Shown here one piece after another: positions 29,963 to 38,568 of a DNA stretch of 64,000 bases (positions within the stretch are counted from its first letter, which is position 1; each line of letters opens with the position of its first letter). The notes beneath the pieces are model-generated. The model ran no database searches. It saw only the letters and a program-made list of their open reading frames with translations, and had not been told where the DNA came from. The stretch is from Desulfomonilia bacterium (lineage in GTDB: Bacteria > Desulfobacterota > Desulfomonilia > UBA1062). The position numbers and the translations under genes are program-made. The stretch spans positions 768,001-832,000 of the forward strand of contig CAXXDQ010000004.1 of assembly GCA_963664325.2 (NCBI GenBank), read 5' to 3'.

Positions 29963-31105
29963 CTATTTCGAAAGAAGCACTTTCCCCAGTGTCATGATCT
30001 CCGCTTCCTTCGTCCCTTCGTAGAGTTCGAGTATCTTTGCGTCGCGATACCATTTCTGAACCTTGTATTCCTCAATATAACCATAGCCGCCGTGAAGCTC
30101 GACCGCCAGGTTTGCGCAGAAAACAGCCGTCTGTCCGGCAAAAAATTTGGCCATTGCGGAAATATGATAGTCGGGTTTCTTGCTGTCCAGGGATACGGCG
30201 CCCTTATATGTCATGGTCCTCAGGGCCTCTATCCTGATCCACATCTCGGCAAGCTTCTGCATACTTATCTGAAAAGACCCGAGGGGCTTGCCGAAAACAG
30301 TCCTTTCCTTGCAGTATTTCACGGACTCGTCAAGGCATGCCTGTGAAATGCCCGTACCCTGGGCTGCAACGAATATACGGGTGGTATCAAAGAAATGCAT
30401 GAGCTGGTAGAAGCCGGCCCCTTTCTTGCCTATCATATTCTCCTTCGGCACACGGACGCCGTCGAAAGCGATCTCGGCCGTGTCACTGGCGCGGATTCCA
30501 AGCTTGCCCTTGATCTTTGTTGAAGTTATTCCCGGTTCCTTTGCAGGCACGACAAACTGGCTGAAACCTTTATGTATCTTTTCGTCAGGGTCTGTAATCG
30601 CCTGGACCACCATGAAATCGCAGACCGTGCCGTTTGTTATGAACATCTTGTTTCCGGTGATGAGATAATCATCCCCGTCTGCAACCGCCCTGGTCCTGTA
30701 TCCTGCAACATCGGTGCCGGCATTGGGTTCGGTGTATGCGCCTGCGCATACGGAATCTCCCGCACATACGGGGGGCAGGTATTTCTGCTTCTGTTCTTCG
30801 GAACCGTAATAAAAAAGGTTTTCGCACCCGAAGGTCGCGGCGATGACATTGAGCCCGATCCCCATGTCAACCCGTGACAGCTGCTCGGTGATGATGGTGT
30901 TTCCCAGGAAACCGACGCCAGCTCCGCCGTATTCCTCAGGTATCCAGCTGCCGACCAGACCGTTTTCAGCCGCTTTTTTCCTGATGTCCGGCGTATACTT
31001 CTCCAGCTTGTCGGCCTCTTCCGATATCGGACCGATTTCATTTACGGCAAACTTGTAGGCCATGTCCGACAACATCCTCATTTCTTCCGAAAGTTCAAAA
31101 TCCAT
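29963..31105 (-). CDS. Acyl-CoA dehydrogenase
   Basis: PEEYGGAG, YTEPNAGTD, GNKMFITNG, HGGYGY, YRDAKILELYEGT; start MDFELS after GGAGG. Confidence 0.93.
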   Translation of the reverse strand: MDFELSEEMRMLSDMAYKFAVNEIGPISEEADKLEKYTPDIRKKAAENGLVGSWIPEEYGGAGVGFLGNTIITEQLSRVDMGIGLNVIAATFGCENLFYYGSEEQKQKYLPPVCAGDSVCAGAYTEPNAGTDVAGYRTRAVADGDDYLITGNKMFITNGTVCDFMVVQAITDPDEKIHKGFSQFVVPAKEPGITSTKIKGKLGIRASDTAEIAFDGVRVPKENMIGKKGAGFYQLMHFFDTTRIFVAAQGTGISQACLDESVKYCKERTVFGKPLGSFQISMQKLAEMWIRIEALRTMTYKGAVSLDSKKPDYHISAMAKFFAGQTAVFCANLAVELHGGYGYIEEYKVQKWYRDAKILELYEGTKEAEIMTLGKVLLSK

Positions 31106-31314
31106 GTTTTCCTCCCATTTTTTATCGGTTTTATATGAAGAAGCGATTCTAATAGATAAGAAATCCAATATCAATGCCAAGTAGGCATTAAAAGAAAATA
31201 TTTATTTGTGGCGGGAGATCGTTCGGTTAATGACTATGGGCAATTCCGGGTATCTGTTTATAATAATGGCGGCAATGGGCTTTCTTCAGGGAGAGCCCAT
31301 TGCCAGCGCGCCAT

Positions 31315-32736
31315 TTACATTGTCTTGTCCAGGAGCTTGTGATAGCTGGCCAGCCAGTATGCGGCAAGGTAGTCGACGCCAGGGTTTACATGCCTGGGAT
31401 TGTCGCTGCCGCATGCCGTTATGACAAACGGGTTGCGCTGCCACAGGAAATCGGAAGGGCACTGCAGCGGAACCGGGAATGCCTCAAGCGCCTGTGCGTT
31501 GATCGGCTTCCATATGTCATCCACATTAAGCGCCTCGAAGAGGTTGTGAAGCTTAACCGACTGGGGGTCGATCGTATAGGTCGACGGGTCACGGTCAGGC
31601 AGGTAATATTCTCCATTGGGCGCATTTCTGAATTCGGTTAGGTCTTCTACAAGCTGTGAATAATACTGATCCGCGGGAGACATATCGTTTATCCACCCGC
31701 CCTGGCTCATGTAGATACCGTTGAACCATGCGTTATGGGACAGCCTTGTAAAGGTATGAACCGATTTGTTGAATTCGCTGACAAGCCAGTTGTAGTCGTC
31801 CTCGCCGAAATAAACCCTGCCGAGCCTGAGGAGATTGTACCAGTTGGTGTGTGCAAGGTTGTTGCCGTAATATTCAAGGTAGCGGTTGAAATAGTTGATG
31901 TCGGACACGAAAAGGCTCGTACGGTTGGCGTTCAGCAGCATGATCTTGAGCTGCTCGAGCATGCGGGCATCCCCGGTCATGTGATAGCCTATCAGAAGGA
32001 AGTTCATCTTCATCGTGGCGATCACCTGGGGAGCCGTCTTGCTGGGCTTGCCGTCCTGGGCCGTGATATTCCAGCTGTTGTCCATGAGCGCCGTAACAAC
32101 CTCTTTGACATCGGCCCGGATTTTTAACTTTACGGCATCGTCGTCAATCAGGTCGTAGGCCAGCGCCATACCGAAAAACCAGCCCGTATACTGGTCGCGG
32201 CTTGTGTTGCCTTCCCAGAAATCTCCGGCATAGGTGCCGGTTTCGATGCGGTGGCAGCTGTCGCTGCTGTCGCATGCCGCGTCGCCCCTGTACGCAAGTG
32301 AAGCCTGCGGGGCATGGTAGCGGGCGATAAAACCTTCCTTGCCGGTAACATGCAGATAACCGTCAAGCGTATCAACCATACGTATGGCGTTTTCCTTTGC
32401 TTCAAGATCGCCGGTAACATAGTAGCGCATGGCCTGGCTGCCAAGGTATGTCCCGGTCCATATGCAGCTGTCACCATAACCGCCGACTCCGCTCATCACA
32501 GTCCTTGCATCGTCGGCAAAATAAACTTCCACGGTCCCTCCGTAATAAGGCTGATGCCACTGGAGATGCCAGGCATCAAACTGGACAGCCTTGTCACGCA
32601 ACAAACCGCCCGGCACTGACTCGTCATAATCCCGGGTCTCAACTGCACTCTGGGGCCATGGTTTCACAAAGGTGTCATTACACCCCGAGAAAAAGATTAA
32701 CAGAACTATTGCCGCCGGCAGAATAACCTTACTCAT
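31315..32736 (-). CDS. Uncharacterised lipoprotein (possibly alpha/alpha-toroid fold)
   Basis: Lipobox FSGC; motifs GDSCIWTG, GNTSRDQYTG, PGVDYLAAYW. The fold is inference. Confidence 0.7.
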   Translation of the reverse strand: MSKVILPAAIVLLIFFSGCNDTFVKPWPQSAVETRDYDESVPGGLLRDKAVQFDAWHLQWHQPYYGGTVEVYFADDARTVMSGVGGYGDSCIWTGTYLGSQAMRYYVTGDLEAKENAIRMVDTLDGYLHVTGKEGFIARYHAPQASLAYRGDAACDSSDSCHRIETGTYAGDFWEGNTSRDQYTGWFFGMALAYDLIDDDAVKLKIRADVKEVVTALMDNSWNITAQDGKPSKTAPQVIATMKMNFLLIGYHMTGDARMLEQLKIMLLNANRTSLFVSDINYFNRYLEYYGNNLAHTNWYNLLRLGRVYFGEDDYNWLVSEFNKSVHTFTRLSHNAWFNGIYMSQGGWINDMSPADQYYSQLVEDLTEFRNAPNGEYYLPDRDPSTYTIDPQSVKLHNLFEALNVDDIWKPINAQALEAFPVPLQCPSDFLWQRNPFVITACGSDNPRHVNPGVDYLAAYWLASYHKLLDKTM

Positions 32737-32791
32737 AAGTGCACCTCCAGACATGATAAATTAAAGATATTATGATCATCTACACATAGGC

Positions 32792-32824
32792 GAATGGCCT
32801 GACAATGTTTTTGTCAGGCCATTC
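32792..32824. terminator. 14-bp perfect hairpin
   Basis: GAATGGCCTGACAA-TGTTT-TTGTCAGGCCATTC. Confidence 0.55.
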
Positions 32825-33240
32825 AAACCTTTCCTCATAATGTTGCATCCACCAGATGACTTGTATGGAATATATTAATGCATGCACTGTGCCATAAGAT
32901 GGTATCCTTAACTTGTTGTTTATTCGAAGGATTGGTGGATGGTTGAGGGAAAATGTTTTTCCGATGGGAAATTCTTTTCATCCTGATAGGGATATTGTTT
33001 GCCATCCCCGTATGTATTCTTGAATCCGGGAATCATGTGTCATTAACCGGTCTCTGCTGTCAGAGGTCCTGATGACTCAAATTACTTTTTTATTATACAT
33101 TCGCTTTTGTATCCTGACAGACAGGCAGGTTTCCTTTATCGAAAAGACGGCGCTTTTTATGATAGGGTCAAGAGTATCATATACAAGCGATGCAGGGCTT
33201 TCATCTTTAAGTACAATTTTCAATTATTAAAACATCATCG

Positions 33241-33256
33241 GCAAAAACAATGCCGG
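33241..33256 (-). promoter_or_regulatory. Putative sigma54 (-24/-12) promoter
   Basis: Minus strand CCGGCATTGTTTTTGC = GG-N10-GC, close to the TGGCAC-N5-TTGC consensus. Confidence 0.55.
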
Positions 33257-33326
33257 CCTTTTGTGTAAGCTCAAGCAGGCCCGTATAGAAAATCTCCTTA
33301 TTATTTTCTTACTGCCCCGGCAAAGT

Positions 33327-34820
33327 TCAATCAGTCCTTGTCATTATAGCGGCAGTGACAGAACAGGGGGGAAAGACAAGGCGTCCGTTCAGTTCGACCT
33401 CTGTCGTTTTCCCGCAGACGGTTTCAGGCTTATTCTCGAAATTCCGGGAAAGATAACCTGGCGCCGCGACAGTATGAACATGAGCTGTTCCTGAAAAGCA
33501 TGCCCCGGAAATTTCGAGTCCGGCTTCATGGCTCTTTTCATGGTCGCGGTTTATTACGAATACGGTTAAACGGCTGCCGTTTATGGAGGCGCTGACATCA
33601 AGAAGAGGAAATGATTTCTGCTCAGGCAGGTTTATAAGCTTCGGAATGTCTATCGTTGGACATATGGTCTCGCTGCGCACGCTGAACTTCCCTGTAAATT
33701 GTCTGTACATCTTGAGAATATGAAAGACGGGCGTGCGGACCATCCGGTCCCTTGTCGTTATTATGGGAGGGCTCGCCGCGTTGAGCATTGCGAACATTGC
33801 GGCTATTTTCACATATTTTGCCTGACGGTGAAACTCGTGAATAATTCCGGCGGCGCCTACGGCCTCCCTCATTGACCGCCAGGGATTGATGAAACTGCGC
33901 AGGGGCCCCAGGATATTCCATTCGTCAAAAGAAACGGGGATTGTTTTGCCGGTTAGCTTATCGGCAAGCTCTTCTATTCTGAGTATCTGTTCCTGAATGG
34001 CAAGCCCTGATGCGGCTACGGCATAGTAATGTCCGGCGGAGTCGTTGATGCGAGATACAAAAGGTATCCCGGCGGGCGTATACAGATGCATGGAAATATA
34101 ATCCATGTTTTCGCCTATTCCGCCCACGATTTCCCTGTTCCAGCCCGGGAAGATAAGAACGTCGCCCCCGCAGGCGATAAGCTTTATATCAGGATCGGCC
34201 TTTCTCATTTTATCAGCGAACCTGTGAAATCGCTCGACGTATTTTTTGGGCCTGAATGCGCAGCCCCCCGGCTCAACCGGATTCCACTGCTCGTTTCCCA
34301 CGCTCCACGCCGGGACCGATCCGGCCCCGTATTTGTCTTTTATGTAGCCTATCCATGCCGCCGCCTCGCCGGGATCGTCCCGTCCCAGGCTTGCTGTTAT
34401 GCTCGGTTCCGCTCCTGTTTCACGGCAGAGATTCATGAATTCATCGGTTCCCAGGCGGTTGTCTTCAACAGGGCCAACTGGAAAAGGGGGATTGCCGAAG
34501 AAATACTGGGCCGGGAGTCTTCCCCACATGCGGTTTTTTACAACAGGGCGGTTTTCGCCTATGCCGTCTCTCCAGCGATATGAATCCGCGAAGCATCCGC
34601 CGGGCCATCGTAGAAGGGATGGGTTAAGGTCTTTTGCCGATTCCAGCGCATCGAGGCGAAACCCTTTCGAATCAACAGGGGCACCTGATCCGGTTTCGGC
34701 GAGAATGCCCCCCAGCACCTGCCTGCCCATGTGTTCTATATTCTGGCCGTAAATACGCGGATCGATCTCATCAAGAATTTCATTTGCATTCACTCTGATC
34801 AAAGATCTGGTTTCAGCCAT
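33327..34820 (-). CDS. GH51 alpha-L-arabinofuranosidase-like glycosidase
   Basis: IYGQNIEH, LRWPGGCFAD, GTDEF, VGNE (acid/base), FDEWN (nucleophile). Confidence 0.88.
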   Translation of the reverse strand: MAETRSLIRVNANEILDEIDPRIYGQNIEHMGRQVLGGILAETGSGAPVDSKGFRLDALESAKDLNPSLLRWPGGCFADSYRWRDGIGENRPVVKNRMWGRLPAQYFFGNPPFPVGPVEDNRLGTDEFMNLCRETGAEPSITASLGRDDPGEAAAWIGYIKDKYGAGSVPAWSVGNEQWNPVEPGGCAFRPKKYVERFHRFADKMRKADPDIKLIACGGDVLIFPGWNREIVGGIGENMDYISMHLYTPAGIPFVSRINDSAGHYYAVAASGLAIQEQILRIEELADKLTGKTIPVSFDEWNILGPLRSFINPWRSMREAVGAAGIIHEFHRQAKYVKIAAMFAMLNAASPPIITTRDRMVRTPVFHILKMYRQFTGKFSVRSETICPTIDIPKLINLPEQKSFPLLDVSASINGSRLTVFVINRDHEKSHEAGLEISGACFSGTAHVHTVAAPGYLSRNFENKPETVCGKTTEVELNGRLVFPPCSVTAAIMTRTD

Positions 34821-35171
34821 ACAAGCTCCTCGTCATGAAATAACCATGGATGCGAATTCAAGAAAGATTGCCGTATTATAATCACTTGAATTGGGCATTG
34901 CCAATGGGAATTGGAATTGCGGAAGCGCATTGTTTGCAAGTCTCGCATTGATGCATTAAAAAGATGATGCCATTTATGCATAGAGGTTACTCTGAAAAAA
35001 ATATTTCGGTGCAGCATGCTATCATACTATAAATGTTCAAGTCGGGTTGATGAACTGCCAAGCTCGTAAAAAAGCTATTTTGAACTCTTTCAGCTTATCA
35101 GCTAAAAGTTCATCGGCCAGAATATCTTTGATAAAAAAAGTTGTCCTGATTAAACACAAAGAACCGTAAAC

Positions 35172-35246
35172 GGGTCGTTAGCTCAGCAGGAGAGCCCCAC
35201 CTTCACACGGTAGAAGTCACTGGTTCAATCCCGGTACGACCCACCA
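35172..35246 (+). tRNA. tRNA-Val(CAC), atypical and possibly degenerate
   Basis: GGGTCGT/ACGACCC acceptor stem, TTCAATC T-loop, CCA end, anticodon CAC; C-A mismatch in the anticodon stem and D-loop AGCAGGA. Confidence 0.8.
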
Positions 35247-35289
35247 GACTTTTAAATGAGCGGCAAAATAGAGGTAATATTCATTTTTA

Positions 35290-38200
35290 TCATTTTACCG
35301 CATTAATCTCAGCATCCTTCATGATCCCGTAATTCACCCCGTAACATATGGCGAAGGTAACTATGTTGTTTTCCTTCATGAAGTCCGAACTCCAGGGCAA
35401 GTCGGCTGCCGTAGCGCCCTCCTTCGGCAGGAAGAGGTAAATCGTGTCCGTTATCTGCTTAGGATAGTCTATGTCCTTGTATCTAATCATCTGATAATCC
35501 CATATCCATTCGTTCTTTTCCGACAGAGTCGCGTTTGTCGAGTTCGTGACATTAACAAAGCGCTCTTTGACGAACGGGAGCTTCAGCCTTACCTTTTTGC
35601 TTCTGCTCTCAATCGTTCTCCTGGCATCCGTTATAGCGAATCTGTCGGTGTCGCTTGTGGAAGTGTTGATCTTTATCACTTTGACATCATATTTATTGCC
35701 GGACAGCGCGTTCTGTCGCCAGAGTTCGCCCCTGTCATCCTTTACCCATTTTCCGATATCGTCGTTCGCGAAAAATGTAGGCAGGCCTTTTACGACCTCA
35801 TTCCAGCCCGGGTCAAGACCGCCGAAAACCGCATCAGGACTGTCCGGTTTGCTGATATCGTAGCACATATAGGAATATTTGTTCGTGTCCGCCTGAAGCA
35901 CGACAGGGAGCGCCGAATAGCTTAAGAAATCCAGCGGCCCCTTCTGCGACATCACCTTGAGCGGTTCTCCGGAAACATGATTCCTTGTTTCGTAAAGATA
36001 ATAGTTGATATAAGTAGGCGCGCCGATGACCCATGCGCTCATTTTGCCGTAAGACTCTATGGAAACCGTCTGCGAGGCGTACAGGTCTATCTGTTTTGTC
36101 TGGCTCTTGATCACACTGTTTGAGAACTCGTTCGATTTTGTAAAGCTCTTGTTTATGGTTTTCCATTCCTTGTTCGTGGTTGACGCCGTACCGAACGTTG
36201 TCGCGTAAATCATGCTGCTTGCATCGCTCGATGCAGTGGCTAGGGTGAACCTGCTCGCGCCCGTCGTTTTGTCGTCATACCTCGGCGGAACCCCGAAGAC
36301 GACTCCTACAGGCCTGAATCTGCCCAGGCTGAATGTCTTGTAATTTTTGTCCTCTTCCATCGATGAAATGAATTTCAGCCCCGAATCGGTCATCATTTTC
36401 CAGTCCGGACCGTGACCGTACCAGTATCTGTCCAGATAACGCAGCTCATCCACAAATCCCGCGTCGAATTTTTTGGCGGGCGTGAACCCGATGTTGTGGT
36501 ACATGAGCGAAGGCAGACGGGATATGTCGAATTTTTTCTTTACGCTTTCAATCGAGCCGCTGGTGAAATAAAAATTTTCCAGATTTTCGTCTTCGGCATA
36601 TAGAGGTATGAAAAAAATATCATGAGCAGGGGACATTTTATATTCATTGGAGGCGAAACCGGCAATAAAACCCAGCTTGCCGTCTATCGCCGCATGGCAG
36701 ACATCGCTCATCCATTTGTCATCGAAGTATCCTTTGGATGATATCCTGTCAGCCTGAACTTTATCCCTGCGTGCAAGCGCGCTGTTTTTCATCGTGTCAA
36801 GATTGATTACATAACAGTTCAGCGCCGCATACTCGTAGTCATATTTTTTCCGTCCCTCCTTTGTTTTCCTGTCAACAGGGTCTATATTCGAGCTCCTTAT
36901 GAATACAGCCGCACTGTTGGTATCCGGTATCCTTCTGACCCTGACATCATATATATGTCCGTTTACCGATATTTCACCGCCGGGGACGGCTGATGCTCCG
37001 CCGCCTGTTCGTGAATATTTCCAGAACCTGACCGACTTCCTGTCCTTTACCGACAGAACGTAAATGAAGTTTTCATCTACTACAGGACATATTTTAAGAT
37101 TTTCAGCCGGATCGCTGTCCAGAAAAGAAATACTTTTGAAACTCTTGAAATCATCGGTGCTGGAGTATTCCTTTAAAACGCATTTTCCGTTTCCGGTATT
37201 GTCCAGCACGAACATGGAATCATCATACTGGCATGTCATTTCCCCGAAGGGACGCTCGCTCAGCATTGTGAGTGTCTTGCATGCAGTTGGCCACCCGTTG
37301 TCGTCAAGACTGCACATATAAAGATACCTTCCTTCGCACTCATAGAAAAGGTACTGGCCGATTCTGCTTGCATTGTCCCCGCTGCCGATATCGATGGCAT
37401 CAGATCGGGCCTTTGCCGAACGAAGCGCTTCAGTCTCGGCCGCAGCCGCCCCGGCGGATTTCACGCTTACTTCAAGGGCTTTTTTGCCTTCCGTGTTGAT
37501 ATAAAACACCAGGTCATCTTTCTTTACCAGCGCATAGCCGTCTGAGAAGTCAGCCGCCTCATCGAACTGATGGGCGATCACATCGCCCCCTTTCGGGTCG
37601 ATATATCCCCATTTGCCGTTTTCTTTCACGGCAGCGAGCTTTTCACTGAACTGTTTTGCATCCTCATACTGGGGGTTGATCCTGTATCTGCCATTGTAAT
37701 CCACGAAGCCCCACTTGCTCTCAACCCTCACCGGGGCGAGGCCTTCGCTGAATTCACCGGCCTCGTCGAACTGTGTTTCAATGTATATCTCGCCTCTGGT
37801 ATCTATGAAGCCCCACTGGTTTTCAAGGTCTTTTACAGGCGCCAGACCCTCCTGGAATGACCCTGCGTCAAGCCATACCCTGTCCAGAACATACTTGTTC
37901 TTTCTGTTAATGAACCCCCATTTACCGACCCTTTTGGCAGGCGCAAGGCCCGAGTTGAATCCCTTGAGGTCTTCGTATGAATAGTCGATTATCAGCCTGC
38001 CTTTCTTGTCTATCATCCCCCACAGGTCACCCTTTCTCACTGGAGCCATCCCGCTGCTGAACGGCCTTGCCCCGTCGTACCTGGGATTTATGACATATAG
38101 TCCCTTTTTGTTGATGTAACCCCATTTCTTCTTGTCGACCCTTGCAGGTGCAAGGTCTACATCGAAGGAGCCTATTTCCTTGAATATGAACTTGATCACG

Positions 38201-38409
38201 ACCTGGCCAGCCGTGTTTATGAATCCCCACTGGCCGCCTGAGCATACACCCGCAAGCCCGCCGGCGAAGCTAAGCAGCTTTTCGGCCGTGCCCGCTGTTT
38301 CAGGCTGCACTACCGGTTCCGCCTTAGTCGGGGGACAGACAAATGCGATGAAAAGAATCAGACAGGCCAGAACTTTTATAAACGGCATTGAAGATGTGTT
38401 GTTTTTCAT
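35290..38409 (-). CDS. Secreted WG-repeat protein with a large unknown C-terminal region
   Basis: GGAGG RBS; signal peptide; 7 WG(F/Y/M)(I/V) repeats plus one degenerate (WG_beta_rep-like); Ala-rich linker; Ser/Thr-rich C-terminal domain. Confidence 0.85.
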   Translation of the reverse strand: MKNNTSSMPFIKVLACLILFIAFVCPPTKAEPVVQPETAGTAEKLLSFAGGLAGVCSGGQWGFINTAGQVVIKFIFKEIGSFDVDLAPARVDKKKWGYINKKGLYVINPRYDGARPFSSGMAPVRKGDLWGMIDKKGRLIIDYSYEDLKGFNSGLAPAKRVGKWGFINRKNKYVLDRVWLDAGSFQEGLAPVKDLENQWGFIDTRGEIYIETQFDEAGEFSEGLAPVRVESKWGFVDYNGRYRINPQYEDAKQFSEKLAAVKENGKWGYIDPKGGDVIAHQFDEAADFSDGYALVKKDDLVFYINTEGKKALEVSVKSAGAAAAETEALRSAKARSDAIDIGSGDNASRIGQYLFYECEGRYLYMCSLDDNGWPTACKTLTMLSERPFGEMTCQYDDSMFVLDNTGNGKCVLKEYSSTDDFKSFKSISFLDSDPAENLKICPVVDENFIYVLSVKDRKSVRFWKYSRTGGGASAVPGGEISVNGHIYDVRVRRIPDTNSAAVFIRSSNIDPVDRKTKEGRKKYDYEYAALNCYVINLDTMKNSALARRDKVQADRISSKGYFDDKWMSDVCHAAIDGKLGFIAGFASNEYKMSPAHDIFFIPLYAEDENLENFYFTSGSIESVKKKFDISRLPSLMYHNIGFTPAKKFDAGFVDELRYLDRYWYGHGPDWKMMTDSGLKFISSMEEDKNYKTFSLGRFRPVGVVFGVPPRYDDKTTGASRFTLATASSDASSMIYATTFGTASTTNKEWKTINKSFTKSNEFSNSVIKSQTKQIDLYASQTVSIESYGKMSAWVIGAPTYINYYLYETRNHVSGEPLKVMSQKGPLDFLSYSALPVVLQADTNKYSYMCYDISKPDSPDAVFGGLDPGWNEVVKGLPTFFANDDIGKWVKDDRGELWRQNALSGNKYDVKVIKINTSTSDTDRFAITDARRTIESRSKKVRLKLPFVKERFVNVTNSTNATLSEKNEWIWDYQMIRYKDIDYPKQITDTIYLFLPKEGATAADLPWSSDFMKENNIVTFAICYGVNYGIMKDAEINAVK

Positions 38410-38447
38410 CTTATCCTCCTGAAATCAGAACATGCAGCTGTTACATC

Positions 38448-38474
38448 ATATCGGCTGCAGGGCAGGGCAACTGA
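38448..38474 (-). promoter_or_regulatory. Putative sigma28 (FliA-type) promoter
   Basis: Minus strand TCAG-N15-GCCGATAT, ~40 nt upstream of the start at 38409. Confidence 0.4.
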
Positions 38475-38507
38475 AGAAATCCTGTGGTTTGCTTTTAAAA
38501 GAGGAAG

Positions 38508-38547
38508 GGTCTCAACATTTGAGCATATCCTGCCGGATGTTGAGACC
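38508..38547 (-). terminator. Stem-loop after the RHS gene
   Basis: GGTCTCAACAT ... ATGTTGAGACC (11 bp), followed by a pyrimidine run on the minus strand. Confidence 0.45.
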
Positions 38548-38568
38548 TGATCCCTGATGTGTATGGTT

